Source: Thermoanaerobaculia bacterium
GTDB lineage: Bacteria; Acidobacteriota; Thermoanaerobaculia; Multivoradales; Multivoraceae
Direction of reading: 5' to 3'
DNA: 64,000 nucleotides
Assembly: GCA_965116145.1 (NCBI GenBank)
Contig: OZ220482.1
Location: 1,916,143 to 1,980,142, forward strand
The notes beneath the pieces were generated by a model that saw only the letters and a program-made list of their open reading frames with translations, did no database searches and was not told the origin of the DNA. The translations under genes were made by a program, and so were the position numbers. This document shows positions 46,498-60,056 of the stretch, one piece after another (position 1 is the stretch's first letter; each line of letters opens with the position of its first letter).

Positions 46498-46941
46498 TCA
46501 GACTACCTTCGACATCACGACGGAGGTGCCGCCCTCGCCCGAGAGCACGCTCACCTCGTCCATCAGCCCTTCGATGATCTTCAGTCCCCAGCCGCGCTTC
46601 CGGATCGCCTTGAGGTTGTCCTCGATCCTGGGCGTCGCCAGTTTCGAACGATCGAAGCCGACGCCGTGGTCCCGAATCGTGAGGCGAAGCGCCTGCGGCG
46701 CCTCAGCCTCGGCAGACCCCAGCACCGCAAGCGCGAGGTGAAGCTGGCCGTCGGCGGCACGGCTGTGCTCGATCGCGTTGATGCACGCCTCCACCACCGC
46801 CATCCCCACTTCCTCGACCTTGTCGGTGCTCATGCCGATGGACTGGGCCATCTCGCAGGCGCAGGCCCGCACATCCAGCTCCATATCCGGCCCAAGCCGG
46901 AACGTCAGGCGGGTCTCTTCGAGAACTCCGAGCTCGGACAT
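46498..46941 (-). CDS. anti-sigma-factor/serine kinase (RsbW/SpoIIAB-like, HATPase_c_2)
   Basis: EVGMAVVEACINAIEHS, LTIRDHGVGFD, GWGLKIIEGLMDEV. 147 aa. Confidence 0.75.
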   Translation of the reverse strand: MSELGVLEETRLTFRLGPDMELDVRACACEMAQSIGMSTDKVEEVGMAVVEACINAIEHSRAADGQLHLALAVLGSAEAEAPQALRLTIRDHGVGFDRSKLATPRIEDNLKAIRKRGWGLKIIEGLMDEVSVLSGEGGTSVVMSKVV

Positions 46942-46990
46942 CGGGGAAGAAGCGGCCGGCTATCCTTCCATGCTGATTGCAGCGATCCTC

Positions 46991-47209
46991 TCAGGCTACA
47001 AGGAAGAGCTTGAGGCAGTAGATCACCGCAGGATGAATCCGGTCGTTCAGCAGAAACCACACGAAACTGCCAACCACCACGGAAGACCAGAGCAGACCGG
47101 CGGAGACAGAACCGAGAGCCCAGGACAGGACACCCGACACGCTCTCCGGCCGCAAGACCTGCGCGGCGACGCCTCCACGGCCCAGGAAACTGAACGGCGA
47201 TCCTACCAT
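46991..47209 (-). CDS. small two-TM membrane protein upstream of the rsbW-like gene
   Basis: 72 aa: MVGSPFSFLGRGGVAAQVLRPESVSGVLSWALGSVSAGLLWSSVVVGSFVWFLLNDRIHPAVIYCLKLFLVA. GGAGG 8-10 nt upstream of ATG (GGGGGAGGTCGACGTGATG). Locally lower GC. Confidence 0.4.
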   Translation of the reverse strand: MVGSPFSFLGRGGVAAQVLRPESVSGVLSWALGSVSAGLLWSSVVVGSFVWFLLNDRIHPAVIYCLKLFLVA

Positions 47210-47504
47210 CACGTCGACCTCCCCCGTTGATGACGCCGCAGGGAAACAGCAAGCGCCTTGCCAGTCCGGCATGCAACCGGGCCAGCCGGGCGGAAAGCCC
47301 AGGTTTCATGGGGATCCTGGCGAGCAACCGCGTTCGCCGTGCCCTGACCGGCGACCAGTCATCAACGGGGCATTTTGTCTCACCAAGACGGCTCGATAAC
47401 GGTCTCAATCTCGACAGCAGGACCTTGTGCCCACCTTTTCCAACATCAGGGGCACATTGTCGCGTAATGAGCCATTTTGTCCCGACGCCGCGGGTCCGGC
47501 CGGA

Positions 47505-48995
<1,491 letters not shown>

Positions 48996-49008
48996 GCTCG
49001 ACTTCCCC

Positions 49009-51855
49009 TCAGCTCGCCCTTCGCGCCGGGGTCGGCGCTGCCAGCACCTGGCGCAGGAACGCCCCGGTGTGGCTCTCCGGCGAGGCCGCCACCTGTTCCG
49101 GCGTTCCGGCCGCCACCAGCCGGCCGCCGGCCGCACCGCCCTCCGGGCCGAGATCGATGATCCAGTCCGCGTTCTTGATCACGTCGAGGTTGTGTTCCAC
49201 CACCAGCACCGTGTTGCCGCGGTCCACGAGACGTTGCAGCAGACCGACCAGACGCCGGACATCGTCGAAGTGGAGACCGGTGGTCGGCTCGTCGAGAAGA
49301 TACAGACTCCGGCCGGTCGCCCGCTTCGACAGCTCGGTAGCCAGCTTGACCCGCTGCGCCTCGCCGCCCGAGAGCGTGGTCGCGGGCTGCCCGAGGCGGA
49401 TGTAGCCGAGCCCGACTTCGTCCAGGGTCGAGAGGATGCGGTCGATGGCCGGAATGCTGGCGAAGAACTCGCGCGCCGTCTCGACGCTCATGGCCAGGAT
49501 GTCGGCGATGTTCCTGTCCTTGTAGCGGACCTGCAGGGTCTCGCGGTCGTAGCGCAGGCCGCCGCAGACGTCGCAGGTGACGTAGATGTCGGGCAGGAAG
49601 TGCATCTCGATCTTGTTCTGGCCGTCGCCGGCGCAGGCCTCGCAGCGACCGCCCTTGACGTTGAAGCTGAAACGGCCAGGCTTGTAGCCGCGGGCGCGCG
49701 CCTCGGGAGTCTTCGCCATCAGGCCGCGGATCGGCGTGAACACGTTGGTGTACGTTGCCGGATTGGAGCGCGGGGTGCGGCCGATGGGGCTCTGATCGAT
49801 CGCGATCACCTTGTCCAGGTGCTCCAGGCCGTCGATCCGATCGTGGTCGCCGGCCGCATCGACGGCGCGGTAGAAGTGCCGGGCCAGAGCCTTGTACAGC
49901 ACCTCGTTGACCAGACTGCTCTTGCCCGAGCCGGAGACCCCGGTCACCAGAACGAAGCAGCCGAGAGGCACCTCCACGTCGAGATCGGCGAGGTTGTTCT
50001 GGCGCGCGCCCCGGATGCCCAGCGAGCTGCCGTTGCCGGGCCGCCGGGCCGCCGGCAGCGGCACCTCCGCTTCGCCCCGAAGGTAGGCGCCGGTCAACGA
50101 GCGCGGCGCCTGCTCGACCGTCTCGATCGGGCCTTCCGCCACCACCTCGCCGCCATGCACGCCGGCTCGGGGACCCAGGTCGACGATCCAGTCGGCCTCG
50201 CGGATCGTTTCCTCGTCGTGCTCCACCAGCAGCACCGAGTTGCCGAGGTCGCGCATTCCCTTGAGGGTACGGAGCAGCTTCGCGTTGTCCCGCTGGTGCA
50301 GGCCGATCGAAGGTTCGTCCAGCACGTAGAGCACGCCCTGGAGCTTGCTGCCGATCTGCGTCGCGAGCCGAATCCGCTGGCTCTCGCCGCCGGAGAGTGT
50401 CCCCGATCCCCGATCGAGGTGCAGGTAGCCGAGCCCCACATCCTCCAGAAAGGCCAGTCGGTCCTCCACTTCCTGCAGGATCTTGCCGGCGATCTGCCGT
50501 TCCTTGGCGCTCAGCCCCAGGTCTGCGATCACCCGCCGGAGGTCGCCGATCGGCGCCGAGGTCAGTTGGTCGATGGAACGGCCGTTCACCGTCACCGCCA
50601 GCGCCTCGGGACGAAGCCGCCGGCCCGAGCAGGAACCGCAGACGCTCACCGACATGTACTTCTCGATCTCCGCGCGCACGGCCGGGGACTCGGTCTCGGC
50701 ATGGCGCCGGGTGAGCATCGGCACCACGCCCTCGTAGCGCCCGCGCCACTGGTAGGACGACCTCCTGCCCTTGATCCGGAACGCCATCTCGCGGCTGCCC
50801 GAGCCGTGGAGCACAATCTGCTGCGCCTCCTCGGCCAGCTCGCACCACGGCGTCGACAGGTCGAACCCGAGCTCCGCGGCGACTGTCCTGAGCATCCTGA
50901 GCCGCCACGAAGAAGAGCTCGTCGGAAAGGGACGGAGCACGCCGGACTCGATCGATCGCCGCGGATCGTCCAGGATGCGCTGCTCGTCGACCGCCATCGA
51001 TGAGCCCAGACCGCCGCACTCAGGACACGCGCCGTAGGGGCTGTTGAACGAGAACAGCCGAGGCGAGATCTCGGCCAGACTGGAACCGCAGTCGGCGCAG
51101 GCGTAGTGCTGCGACATCGTCTCCTCAGGCAGCCCCTCGGGCGCCACGACGACCAGCCCCCGCCCGACGTCGAGCGCGGTCTCGACGGAAGCCGCGAGCC
51201 GCTGCTCGATGCCGGGCCGCACGACGAGCCGGTCGACCACGATCTCGATCGTGTGCTTCCGGTTCTTGTCCAGGGTCGGCAGCTCGGCCGAGAGCTCGCA
51301 CAGTTCGCCGTCGATCCGGGCGCGCAGAAATCCCTCGCGCACCATCTGCTCGAGCTGCCGCCGGTACTCGCCCTTCTTGCCCCGCACGTACGGCGCGAGC
51401 AGCAGCAGGCGGGCGCCCTCCGGCAGGCCGGCCACCCGATCGACCATCTGCTGCACGGTCTGCGGCCGGATCACCTTGCCGCAGCCCGGACAGTGGGGCA
51501 CCCCCACCGAGGCATACAACAGCCGCAGATAGTCCTGGATCTCGGTCACCGTCCCCACCGTCGACCGCGGGTTCCGGGACACCGACTTCTGCTCGATCGA
51601 AATCGCCGGCGACAGTCCCTCGATGGAATCGACATCGGGCTTCTCGACCTGGTGAAGGAACTGGCGGGCGTAGGCCGACAGGGACTCCACGTAGCGGCGT
51701 TGCCCCTCGGCGAACAGCGTGTCGAACGCCAGGGAGGACTTGCCCGAGCCCGAGACGCCGGTGACGACGACCAGGCGGTCGCGCGGGATCTCTACCGTGA
51801 GGTTCTTCAGGTTGTGTTCGCGGGCGCCGCGAACGATGATCTTCTTTCCCGTCAC
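49009..51855 (-). CDS. uvrA: excinuclease ABC subunit A
   Basis: Two ABC ATPase modules ([10 protein letters not shown] twice), zinc-finger Cys clusters, 948 aa. GTG start overlaps the smpB stop (GTGA). Confidence 0.95.
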   Translation of the reverse strand: MTGKKIIVRGAREHNLKNLTVEIPRDRLVVVTGVSGSGKSSLAFDTLFAEGQRRYVESLSAYARQFLHQVEKPDVDSIEGLSPAISIEQKSVSRNPRSTVGTVTEIQDYLRLLYASVGVPHCPGCGKVIRPQTVQQMVDRVAGLPEGARLLLLAPYVRGKKGEYRRQLEQMVREGFLRARIDGELCELSAELPTLDKNRKHTIEIVVDRLVVRPGIEQRLAASVETALDVGRGLVVVAPEGLPEETMSQHYACADCGSSLAEISPRLFSFNSPYGACPECGGLGSSMAVDEQRILDDPRRSIESGVLRPFPTSSSSWRLRMLRTVAAELGFDLSTPWCELAEEAQQIVLHGSGSREMAFRIKGRRSSYQWRGRYEGVVPMLTRRHAETESPAVRAEIEKYMSVSVCGSCSGRRLRPEALAVTVNGRSIDQLTSAPIGDLRRVIADLGLSAKERQIAGKILQEVEDRLAFLEDVGLGYLHLDRGSGTLSGGESQRIRLATQIGSKLQGVLYVLDEPSIGLHQRDNAKLLRTLKGMRDLGNSVLLVEHDEETIREADWIVDLGPRAGVHGGEVVAEGPIETVEQAPRSLTGAYLRGEAEVPLPAARRPGNGSSLGIRGARQNNLADLDVEVPLGCFVLVTGVSGSGKSSLVNEVLYKALARHFYRAVDAAGDHDRIDGLEHLDKVIAIDQSPIGRTPRSNPATYTNVFTPIRGLMAKTPEARARGYKPGRFSFNVKGGRCEACAGDGQNKIEMHFLPDIYVTCDVCGGLRYDRETLQVRYKDRNIADILAMSVETAREFFASIPAIDRILSTLDEVGLGYIRLGQPATTLSGGEAQRVKLATELSKRATGRSLYLLDEPTTGLHFDDVRRLVGLLQRLVDRGNTVLVVEHNLDVIKNADWIIDLGPEGGAAGGRLVAAGTPEQVAASPESHTGAFLRQVLAAPTPARRAS

Positions 51856-52373
51856 GGCGTGTTCTCCGAGGGTTCCGAGCGCATCCGGCGACGGCCGCGG
51901 AACACCTCGCCAGCCTCCCGATCAAGCGTCCGCTGCCGCTCCCGGTCGCGCTTGTCGTGCAGCTTCCTGCCTTCGGCCAGGGCCAGTTCCACCTTGATCC
52001 GGTTGCCCTTCAGGTAAACCGCCAGCGGCACCACGGTCAGGCCCTTGTCGCGGGTGCGCCCGAACAGCCGGTCGATTTCCCGCCGGTTGAGAAGAAGCCG
52101 CCTGGGCCGTTCCAGATCGTGGTTCTCCCGGTTGCCGTGGCTGTAGGCCGAGATGTGGGCGTCCAGCAACCAGGCCTCGTGGTCGCGAAAGCCGACATGG
52201 CTGTCGCGAAGCTGAATCTTGCCGTTGCGGATCGACTTGACTTCAGTGCCCAGGAGCTCGATGCCCGCTTCGAACCGCTCGAGGACGCGAACCTCCCGGT
52301 GCGCCTTCCGGTTCACCGCCAGGGCATGGCTCCCCGCAAACGACCGCTGCTTCTGTTTGCTGCGCCTGGCCAT
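51852..52373 (-). CDS. smpB: SsrA-binding protein
   Basis: [64 protein letters not shown]. 173 aa. Confidence 0.9.
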   Translation of the reverse strand: MARRSKQKQRSFAGSHALAVNRKAHREVRVLERFEAGIELLGTEVKSIRNGKIQLRDSHVGFRDHEAWLLDAHISAYSHGNRENHDLERPRRLLLNRREIDRLFGRTRDKGLTVVPLAVYLKGNRIKVELALAEGRKLHDKRDRERQRTLDREAGEVFRGRRRMRSEPSENTP

Positions 52374-52430
52374 CCGTGTCGATCTCCAGCGTCAGGTGCA
52401 TCTTCCCGGTGAGCTCCGCAGGTTCGATCA

Positions 52431-52462
52431 GGAAAAAACCGCGGCCAGACGAAGGCCGCAGG
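52431..52462 (-). terminator. rho-independent terminator (minus-strand orientation) upstream of smpB
   Basis: Minus-strand RNA reads CCUGCGGCC-UUCGUCU-GGCCGCGG-UUUUUUCC: 8-bp GC-rich stem, 7-nt loop, then U6. On the plus strand the tract is A6 before the hairpin, so it works only for minus-strand transcripts. Confidence 0.6.
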
Positions 52463-52628
52463 GCGAGTCTACTCCCGAGGCGGACGGGTGCGATGCGGCT
52501 GGTACGCCACAGAATGTGACACGGATGCCACACCCCGGGTTGCCACAAGTTCCTCGGAACCGACACAAACCCAACAGGAACAAGGGCCTGCCAGCAGGCC
52601 GAAGGCCTTCGACAGGCTGGCACGATCC

Positions 52629-53651
52629 ATGCTGAATCGTCGGTCGGTGTCCACGACAACGCACGTCAACGGAACCGGCAGGAGCTGCGGTCGACCGCCC
52701 AGCGCCACGGCTGACCGCCTGTTTCGCCAGCAGACGATCCGGCGGCCGACGGCGATTTCCGGTGTCGGAATCCACACCGGCAGAGAGACGAACCTGCGAA
52801 TCCTGCCGGCGCCGGCGGGGACGGGCATCCGCTTCCGCCGTTCGGATGCCGGCAACGTGGAGATTGCGGCCAGCCTCGGCAGCGTCAGCTCCCTGGAGCT
52901 CGCCACCACCCTCGGCCGCGACGATGTCACCGTATCTACCGTCGAGCATCTGCTGGCCGCCGCCTACATCCTCGGTATCGACAATCTGGTGGTCGAACTC
53001 GACGGCCCCGAAGTGCCGATCCTCGACGGGTCGGCGAGGCCCTACGTGCTGCTGCTGCAGGCGGCAGGAACGCGGCCCCAGAACGCGGAACGACGGATTC
53101 TCGCCATCACCTCGGCGCTCGAGATCGAGCGCGGCGACAAGTGGCTGCGCGCCTCGCCCTTTCCCGGTCTGCGCCTCGACTACACGATCGAATTCGCGGC
53201 CTGCGCCGTGGGCCGGCAGCGGCTGCAGATCGACATCGACGCGAAGAGCTTCGAGCACGGTCTGGCGCCGGCGCGGACGTTCTGTCGGCAAGGGGACGTG
53301 GAGCAGATGCAGCGCGCCGGGCTGGGCCTGGGCGGATCGGTCGACAACTGCATCGTGTTCGACGATCAGGGAGCGGTGAACACGGCACTGCGCTTCCCGG
53401 ACGAGCCGGTCCGCCACAAGGCGCTCGACGCGGTGGGCGACTTCACTCTCCTCGGCGCACCGATCTGGGGCCACTTCGAGGTTCTTCGGGGCGGACACCA
53501 GCTCCACTACGAGTTGCTGCAGGCGCTGGCAGCCAACCCGGACTGCTGGACCTGGATGCGGGGCAGCCGCCTGCCCACGCATGCCGACTCGCCCTTCGGC
53601 GGCGATCGGCCGCCAGCCTGGCTCTCCGACCCCGCCGGCCCGCCGGCGTAG
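52629..53651 (+). CDS. lpxC: UDP-3-O-acyl-N-acetylglucosamine deacetylase
   Basis: RQQTIRRPTAISGVGIHTGRETNLRILPAPAGTGIRFRRSD..TVSTVEHLLAAAYILGIDNLVVELDGPEVPILDGSA..GDFTLLGAPIWGHFEVLRGGHQLHYELL. First in-frame ATG 52629 gives a 30-aa extension. A CTG at 52719 gives MFRQQTIRRP, collinear with canonical LpxC N-termini. Confidence 0.85.
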   Translation: MLNRRSVSTTTHVNGTGRSCGRPPSATADRLFRQQTIRRPTAISGVGIHTGRETNLRILPAPAGTGIRFRRSDAGNVEIAASLGSVSSLELATTLGRDDVTVSTVEHLLAAAYILGIDNLVVELDGPEVPILDGSARPYVLLLQAAGTRPQNAERRILAITSALEIERGDKWLRASPFPGLRLDYTIEFAACAVGRQRLQIDIDAKSFEHGLAPARTFCRQGDVEQMQRAGLGLGGSVDNCIVFDDQGAVNTALRFPDEPVRHKALDAVGDFTLLGAPIWGHFEVLRGGHQLHYELLQALAANPDCWTWMRGSRLPTHADSPFGGDRPPAWLSDPAGPPA

Positions 53652-53693
53652 CCGCCGCAGTTCACCGGCGGAGCGGAGGCGCGCCCGGCCCCG

Positions 53694-53757
53694 AAGAGCA
53701 ACGCAGCCGGACGAGCGTCTGACCGCATCTCGGTACGACGCGCCACGGACTGCTAGG
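53694..53757 (+). repeat. MITE-like element half copy (core 2 plus terminal repeat) 8 bp upstream of the DUF4390 start
   Basis: gaagagcaacgcagccggacgagcgtctgaccgcatctcggtacgacgcgccacggactgctagg. Confidence 0.55.
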
Positions 53758-53765
53758 GTCGCGCC

Positions 53766-54371
53766 ATGAGAGTCCCGCGGGCGGGACGGCTGATCTGCGC
53801 ACTCGGCCTGTCGAGCGTTCTGGGCTGCGGCGCACTTGCAGCCCAGCCTCCGCGTGAAGCGGCCGGCCGGTACGCCGCTGCCGCCATCGTCGGGCTCGCG
53901 GCGGTGCGCGAGGGTCCGGTGGTTCTGGTCAGTTTCCGGCTGGACCACGCGCTCGACGAACGCACGTGGGAAAAGATCGAGAGCGGGCTGCCGACCGGCT
54001 TCACCTACGACATCGAGGTCCGGCGGGCCAGACGGAACTGGTTCGACCGGACCGTCGCCGCCACGCGCCTGCAGGTTGTAGCGATGTACAACGCCCTGAC
54101 CCGGGACTACCGGGTCAGCTTCAAGCGCGACGGCGAGCTCTACGCCAGCCGCGTCGTGACCTCACCGGAGGACCTGGAACAGGCGTTGACCTCATTCGAC
54201 GGGTTGTCGGCCGTCGAGCTCGAAAACGAGGAACCCGGGCCGTTGATCGTGCGGGTGCGCGCCGAGCTGCGAACCCGGACCCGCCTCGGTCTGATCCCGG
54301 ACCGGGTCCACACCGCCTGGGCGCACACCGGACCCATCCGGCGTCGGGCCGGGAGCGGAGAGGCAAGGTGA
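53766..54371 (+). CDS. DUF4390-family periplasmic protein (signal peptide)
   Basis: Signal MRVPRAGRLICALGLSSVLGCGALAAQ. 201 aa. Positioned directly upstream of, and translationally coupled to, the ntrY-like kinase, as in rsmB-DUF4390-ntrYX loci recalled from other bacteria. Confidence 0.55.
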   Translation: MRVPRAGRLICALGLSSVLGCGALAAQPPREAAGRYAAAAIVGLAAVREGPVVLVSFRLDHALDERTWEKIESGLPTGFTYDIEVRRARRNWFDRTVAATRLQVVAMYNALTRDYRVSFKRDGELYASRVVTSPEDLEQALTSFDGLSAVELENEEPGPLIVRVRAELRTRTRLGLIPDRVHTAWAHTGPIRRRAGSGEAR

Positions 54372-56640
54372 CCGTGCGCTCGACCATGCGCAACCCGCCC
54401 GTGCGGGAGCTCATCAAGACCAACCGGTTCCTGGTCTGGCTCCTCGCTCTCGCCCTCGCGGTGCCGACGGCCGGCTACTACGCGCTCCAGCGCGGCCGCG
54501 AGATCGATCCCACGGCGCTGAACAACAGCATCCTGCTGTTCGCCCTGCGCAACCTGAACGTGGTGCTGATCCTGATCGTCGCCTTCGTGCTCGTCCGCAA
54601 CCTGACCAAGCTGTGGATCGAGCGGCGCCGCCAGCGTCTGGGCGCCAAGTTCCGCACCAAGCTCATCCTCACCTACGTCGGTCTGTCGCTGATTCCCGGA
54701 ATCGTCCTGTTCGCCTACGCCACGGAACTGCTTCAGGGCTCGATCGACCGCATGTTCCGCACCGACATCGACGATCTGCTGGAGCCCGCGAATCAGGTCT
54801 CCCAGGCCCTGACCTCGACCCGACAGGACGAGCTCCTGCGCGACGCCAGGCGCTTCCTGGAACGCACCGCGAACCTGGATCCGGAGAGCGCGCGCGGACG
54901 CGGCCAGCTGCTGGGGGCACTCGGCGAGGCCCTTTCCGAAGCCGACCTCGACTACCTGGCGGTCTACCGGGACACGGCCTTTCTTCACGCCACGGTCAAC
55001 TCGCAGGCCCTTTCCGAAGTACCCGAACCCACCCGCGGCATGCTGCTCGAAGCAGTCCGCACCGGGGCCGCCCGGGCCATCGGCGAAGTCGCGGGCAGCG
55101 AGGAGAGGCTGATCCTCGCCGCGGCCGCAAGGGAGGACGGCGCCGAGGCGACAGTGGTCGTTGCCGGCAGACTGCTCGACGCCGAGCTCGCCGGCAACAC
55201 GGAGGCGCTGATCGCCGCCTACCAGTCCCGGCGGCAACTGCATGCACAGCGCGACGAGATCAGGGCCGCATACTGGCTCCTGTTCCTGACGGTGACCCTG
55301 TGCATTCTGCTCGTCTCGTGCTGGGTCGGCCTCTACCTCGCAAACCGCGTGACCGGCCCGATCGAGGCGCTGGCGGACGGCACCCGGAGGATCGCCGGCG
55401 GCGACCTGGGGCACCGGGTCGAGGCGGCCGCGGACGACGAAGTGCAGGTCCTGGTCGATTCGTTCAACCGGATGACCGACGCGCTTCAGGAGTCGAACCG
55501 CGACCTGGTGGCAACGAACCGGCGCCTGGACGCCGAACGCGCCCGCATCGAGGCCGTGCTCGAGAGCGGACCGGCCGGCGTGCTCTCGCTCGACCGCGAC
55601 GGACGCATCCTGACCTGCAACCGGGCCGCGCTGGAGATGCTCGGTCTGCCGGACCACGTCTCGCTCGCCGGCGCTCCGCCCGAAGCCCTGAGCGAACTGC
55701 TCCCCGAGCGCGGAATCGAGGCCGTGTTCGCCGACCTGCCCGAAGCGAGCGTCCCGCGGCGTTCGGCAGCGGCGCCGGCCCGCCGCGAAGTCAGTCTCGG
55801 CAGCAAGGACGATTGGCGGACACTTGAGGTCAAGACGAGCCCGCTGCGCGCTCCGGACGGCAGAGGCGGCTTCGAGCTGCTCGGCCACGTCATCGTGATC
55901 GAGGATCTCACCGCGCTGCTCGATGCGCAGAAGACGGCGACCTGGACCGAGGCCGCACGGCGGATCGCGCACGAGATCAAGAACCCGCTGACTCCGATCA
56001 GGCTGGCGGCGGAACGGCTTCAACGGAAGGCTCGAAGCAACGACGCAGGCCTCGGAGCGGCGGTCGAGGAGGGAGCGCAGATCGTCGTCCGCGAAGTGGG
56101 GAACATGCAGAACCTCGTGGACCAGTTCGCCCGCTACGCCCGCATGCGGCGGCCACAGCCGCGTGATGTCGATGTGGCAAGGCTCATCGACGAAACGGTC
56201 GATCTCTACCGCGAGGTGAAGCCCGGAGTCGACGTCGAGGGGCGCATCGAGACCGGCGAGAACGGTCTCCACGCCCGGTTCGACGCCGATCAGATGCGGT
56301 CGGCTCTCGTCAACCTGCTCGACAACGCCATCGCCGCCACCGACCCGCCCGGCCAGGTCACCGTTCGGGCCGGCCGCCGCAACGGCGTGGTCGACCTCGC
56401 CGTGACGGACACCGGCTCGGGCGTACCCAAGGGGGCCCGTGAGAAGCTCTTCCTGCCGTACTTCTCGACCAAGGGACGAGGTTCGGGGCTGGGCCTCGCC
56501 ATCGTCCAGCGCATCGTCAGCGATCACAACGGTTCCATCCGGGTCGAGGACCACGCCCCTCGGGGCACGACCTTCACCATCGTGCTGCCGCAGACCGAGT
56601 CGCAGCAGGTCGACGGCAGTCGCAGGCCGGCCGGCGGAAG

Positions 56641-56644
<4 letters not shown>
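54368..56644 (+). CDS. ntrY: nitrogen-regulation-type sensor histidine kinase (NtrY-like: 4TM-HAMP-PAS-HisKA-HATPase)
   Basis: N-terminal TM helices, HAMP (PIEALADGTRRIAGGDLGHRV), PAS (LSLDRDGRILTCNRAALEMLG), H-box IAHEIKNPLTPIRL, N/G boxes NLLDNAIAAT, DTGSGVP, GSGLGLAIVQRIV. GTG 54368 overlaps the upstream stop (ATG 54386 is the alternative). Confidence 0.85.
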
Positions 56645-58001
<1,357 letters not shown>

Positions 58002-58005
<4 letters not shown>

Positions 58006-59924
58006 GCGCAACCGCCGCCAGCCGTTTCGTCGTCGGCACGGCCGGCCACGTCGACCACGGCAAGACGCGGCTGGTCGAGGCCCTGACCGGAGTCGACTGC
58101 GACCGCTGGGAAGAGGAGAAGCAGCGCGGCATAACGATCGACCTCGGCTTCGCTTCGACGATCGAGGACGGCTGGCAGATCGGCTTCGTCGATGTGCCCG
58201 GACACGAGAGGTTCGTCCACAACGCGCTCGCCGGGCTCGGCGGTATCCAGATGATGATGATGGTCGTCGCCGCCGACGAAGGCGTCATGCCCCAGACCCG
58301 GGAACACCTCGCGATCTGCTCCCTGCTCCGGATTCCGGCCGGCCTCGCCGTCCTCTCCAAGACAGACCTCGTGCCCGCCGATCTCGCGGAGCTGGCCGCG
58401 CTGGAACTCGAGGAGACGCTCGCGGAAACTCCGTTCGCCGGCGCGCCGATCCTGCCGGTGTCGGCCCGGACCGGGGAGGGCCTCGGGCGGCTTCGCGCCG
58501 CCCTGCTCGACCTCGCCCGATCGGCCAGTCCGATCGACCGCCAGCGCCGCCTGCCCGCGCGGCTGCCGATCGACCGCGCCTTCCACCTGCGCGGCCTCGG
58601 AGTGCTGGTCACCGGAACGCTCGCCCGGGGAACGGTCAGCGTCGGCGACGAACTTGCCGTCCTGCCCGCGGACCGCCCGGCCCGGGTACGCAGCATCGAG
58701 GTCCACGGCGACCGCCGGCAGCAGGCGGAGGCCGGCGAGCGGACTTCGGTTCAGCTCGTCGGCGTCGACCTCGAACAGGTCGCCCGCGGCCACGAGCTGG
58801 CCGCGCCCGGCGTCTACCGCGCCACGAACTCGCTGCTCGTCCGCTGCCGGCTGCTTGCCGACGCTCCGGAACCGCTTCAGGGAAGCTGTGCCGTGCGAGT
58901 CCACGTCAACGCCGCGCAACGCATCGGCAAGCTGCGTGCGCTCGACAGCGAACGTCTGGCGCCGGGAGACGAGGCGCTGGCGGAGATCCGGCTGGACGAG
59001 CCGCTGGTGACGATCCGGGGCGACCGCTTCGTCATCCGCAGGCCCTCGCCCCAGACCACGCTCGGAGGCGGCGAGGTGCTCGACCCGGCCTGGAGACGCC
59101 CCCGGAGGCAGAGTCTCGGAAACGCCCTCCGGGCGCTCGCCGCCAGCGACCGGCAGACGGCGGCCATCCAGTGGGCCGCCGACGGCCGAGAGGCCGGGCT
59201 CGCGGTCGGCGAACTCGGACTGCGGCTGGGCGTGGCCCCCGCCGATGCAGAGGACCTTCTGAACGGCGCCGAACGCGAGGGCCATCTGCTCAAGGCAGCC
59301 CCCCGACGCTACGTCATCGGGGCCGAAGTCCGCGGCGTGGTCCGCCGCGCCCGCCGCCTGGTCGAGGCGCACTTCGCCGCCGATCGCCTGTCCCGCGGCA
59401 TGCCGAAGGCCGAGCTCGTCCGGCGGCTGCTCGACACCCGCGCCGCCGACCTGGCGCCCGCCTACCTGGACTGGGCGAGCCGCGGCAGCAGCAACGAAGC
59501 GATCGCGATCGAGGGCGACCTCGCGACCCTGCCCGACCGCACCAGCGAACTGACCGGAGCCGAGTCGAAGCTCGCCCGGGACATCGTCCAGGGCTTCGAG
59601 CGCCAGGGCCTGACCCCGAACTCACCCGAGGACCTCTGCCGCACCCTGAACGCCAAGCCGCAACTGTTCGACGGTGTGCTCCGGTACCTCGTCGACCGCG
59701 GCCAGATCGTCCGGCTTCCCGGCGGCCTGCTCGTCGCCGCCGTCTCCCTGGAGCGCCTCCAGGCCGACCTGCAGGCGACCGGCTGGGACACGTTCACCGT
59801 CGCCGACTTCAAGGACCGCTTCGGACTGACCCGCAAGTGGGCGATCCCGCTGCTGGAGTACACGGACCGGCAGCGTCTGACCCGGCGGGAGGGAGACCGA
59901 CGGCGGGTGCTGCGGCCGCCATAG
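58002..59924 (+). CDS. selB: selenocysteine-specific translation elongation factor
   Basis: VVGTAGHVDHGKTRLVEALTGVDCDRWEEEKQRGITIDLGFA, DVPGHERF, EF-Tu-like domains II/III, about 260-aa C-terminal winged-helix extension. 640 aa. GTG overlaps ntrX stop (GTGA). Confidence 0.8.
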
Positions 59925-60056
59925 GTCCGACGCCGCGGCCGGCCCCGGCCGCCGCGGCACTGACCGGGCCGGACTGGCCCGCGTTGCTCCTCGGTCTCCT
60001 GCTGCGGCCGCGGATCCGTTCGCTGCAGCGCGACGTTCTCCTTCGTGCCGGCTCTA

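Noticed and set aside
47446-47470. GGCACATTGTCGC as a possible sigma-54 (-24/-12) promoter
   Set aside because: GG-to-GC spacing is off by one and it faces antisense to the adjacent gene. No better match was found for the rsbW operon.
52374-52628. Expected tmRNA (ssrA) next to smpB
   Set aside because: No tRNA-like acceptor/T-arm (GGTTCGA.TCC ... CCA) or tag-peptide ORF in either strand. The region is too short, so ssrA must be elsewhere. The structured RNA candidate is reported separately.
59925-60056. Possible tRNA-Sec or SECIS element downstream of selB
   Set aside because: No cloverleaf or extended-acceptor tRNA features. The region is simply the convergent selB/polA terminator zone.
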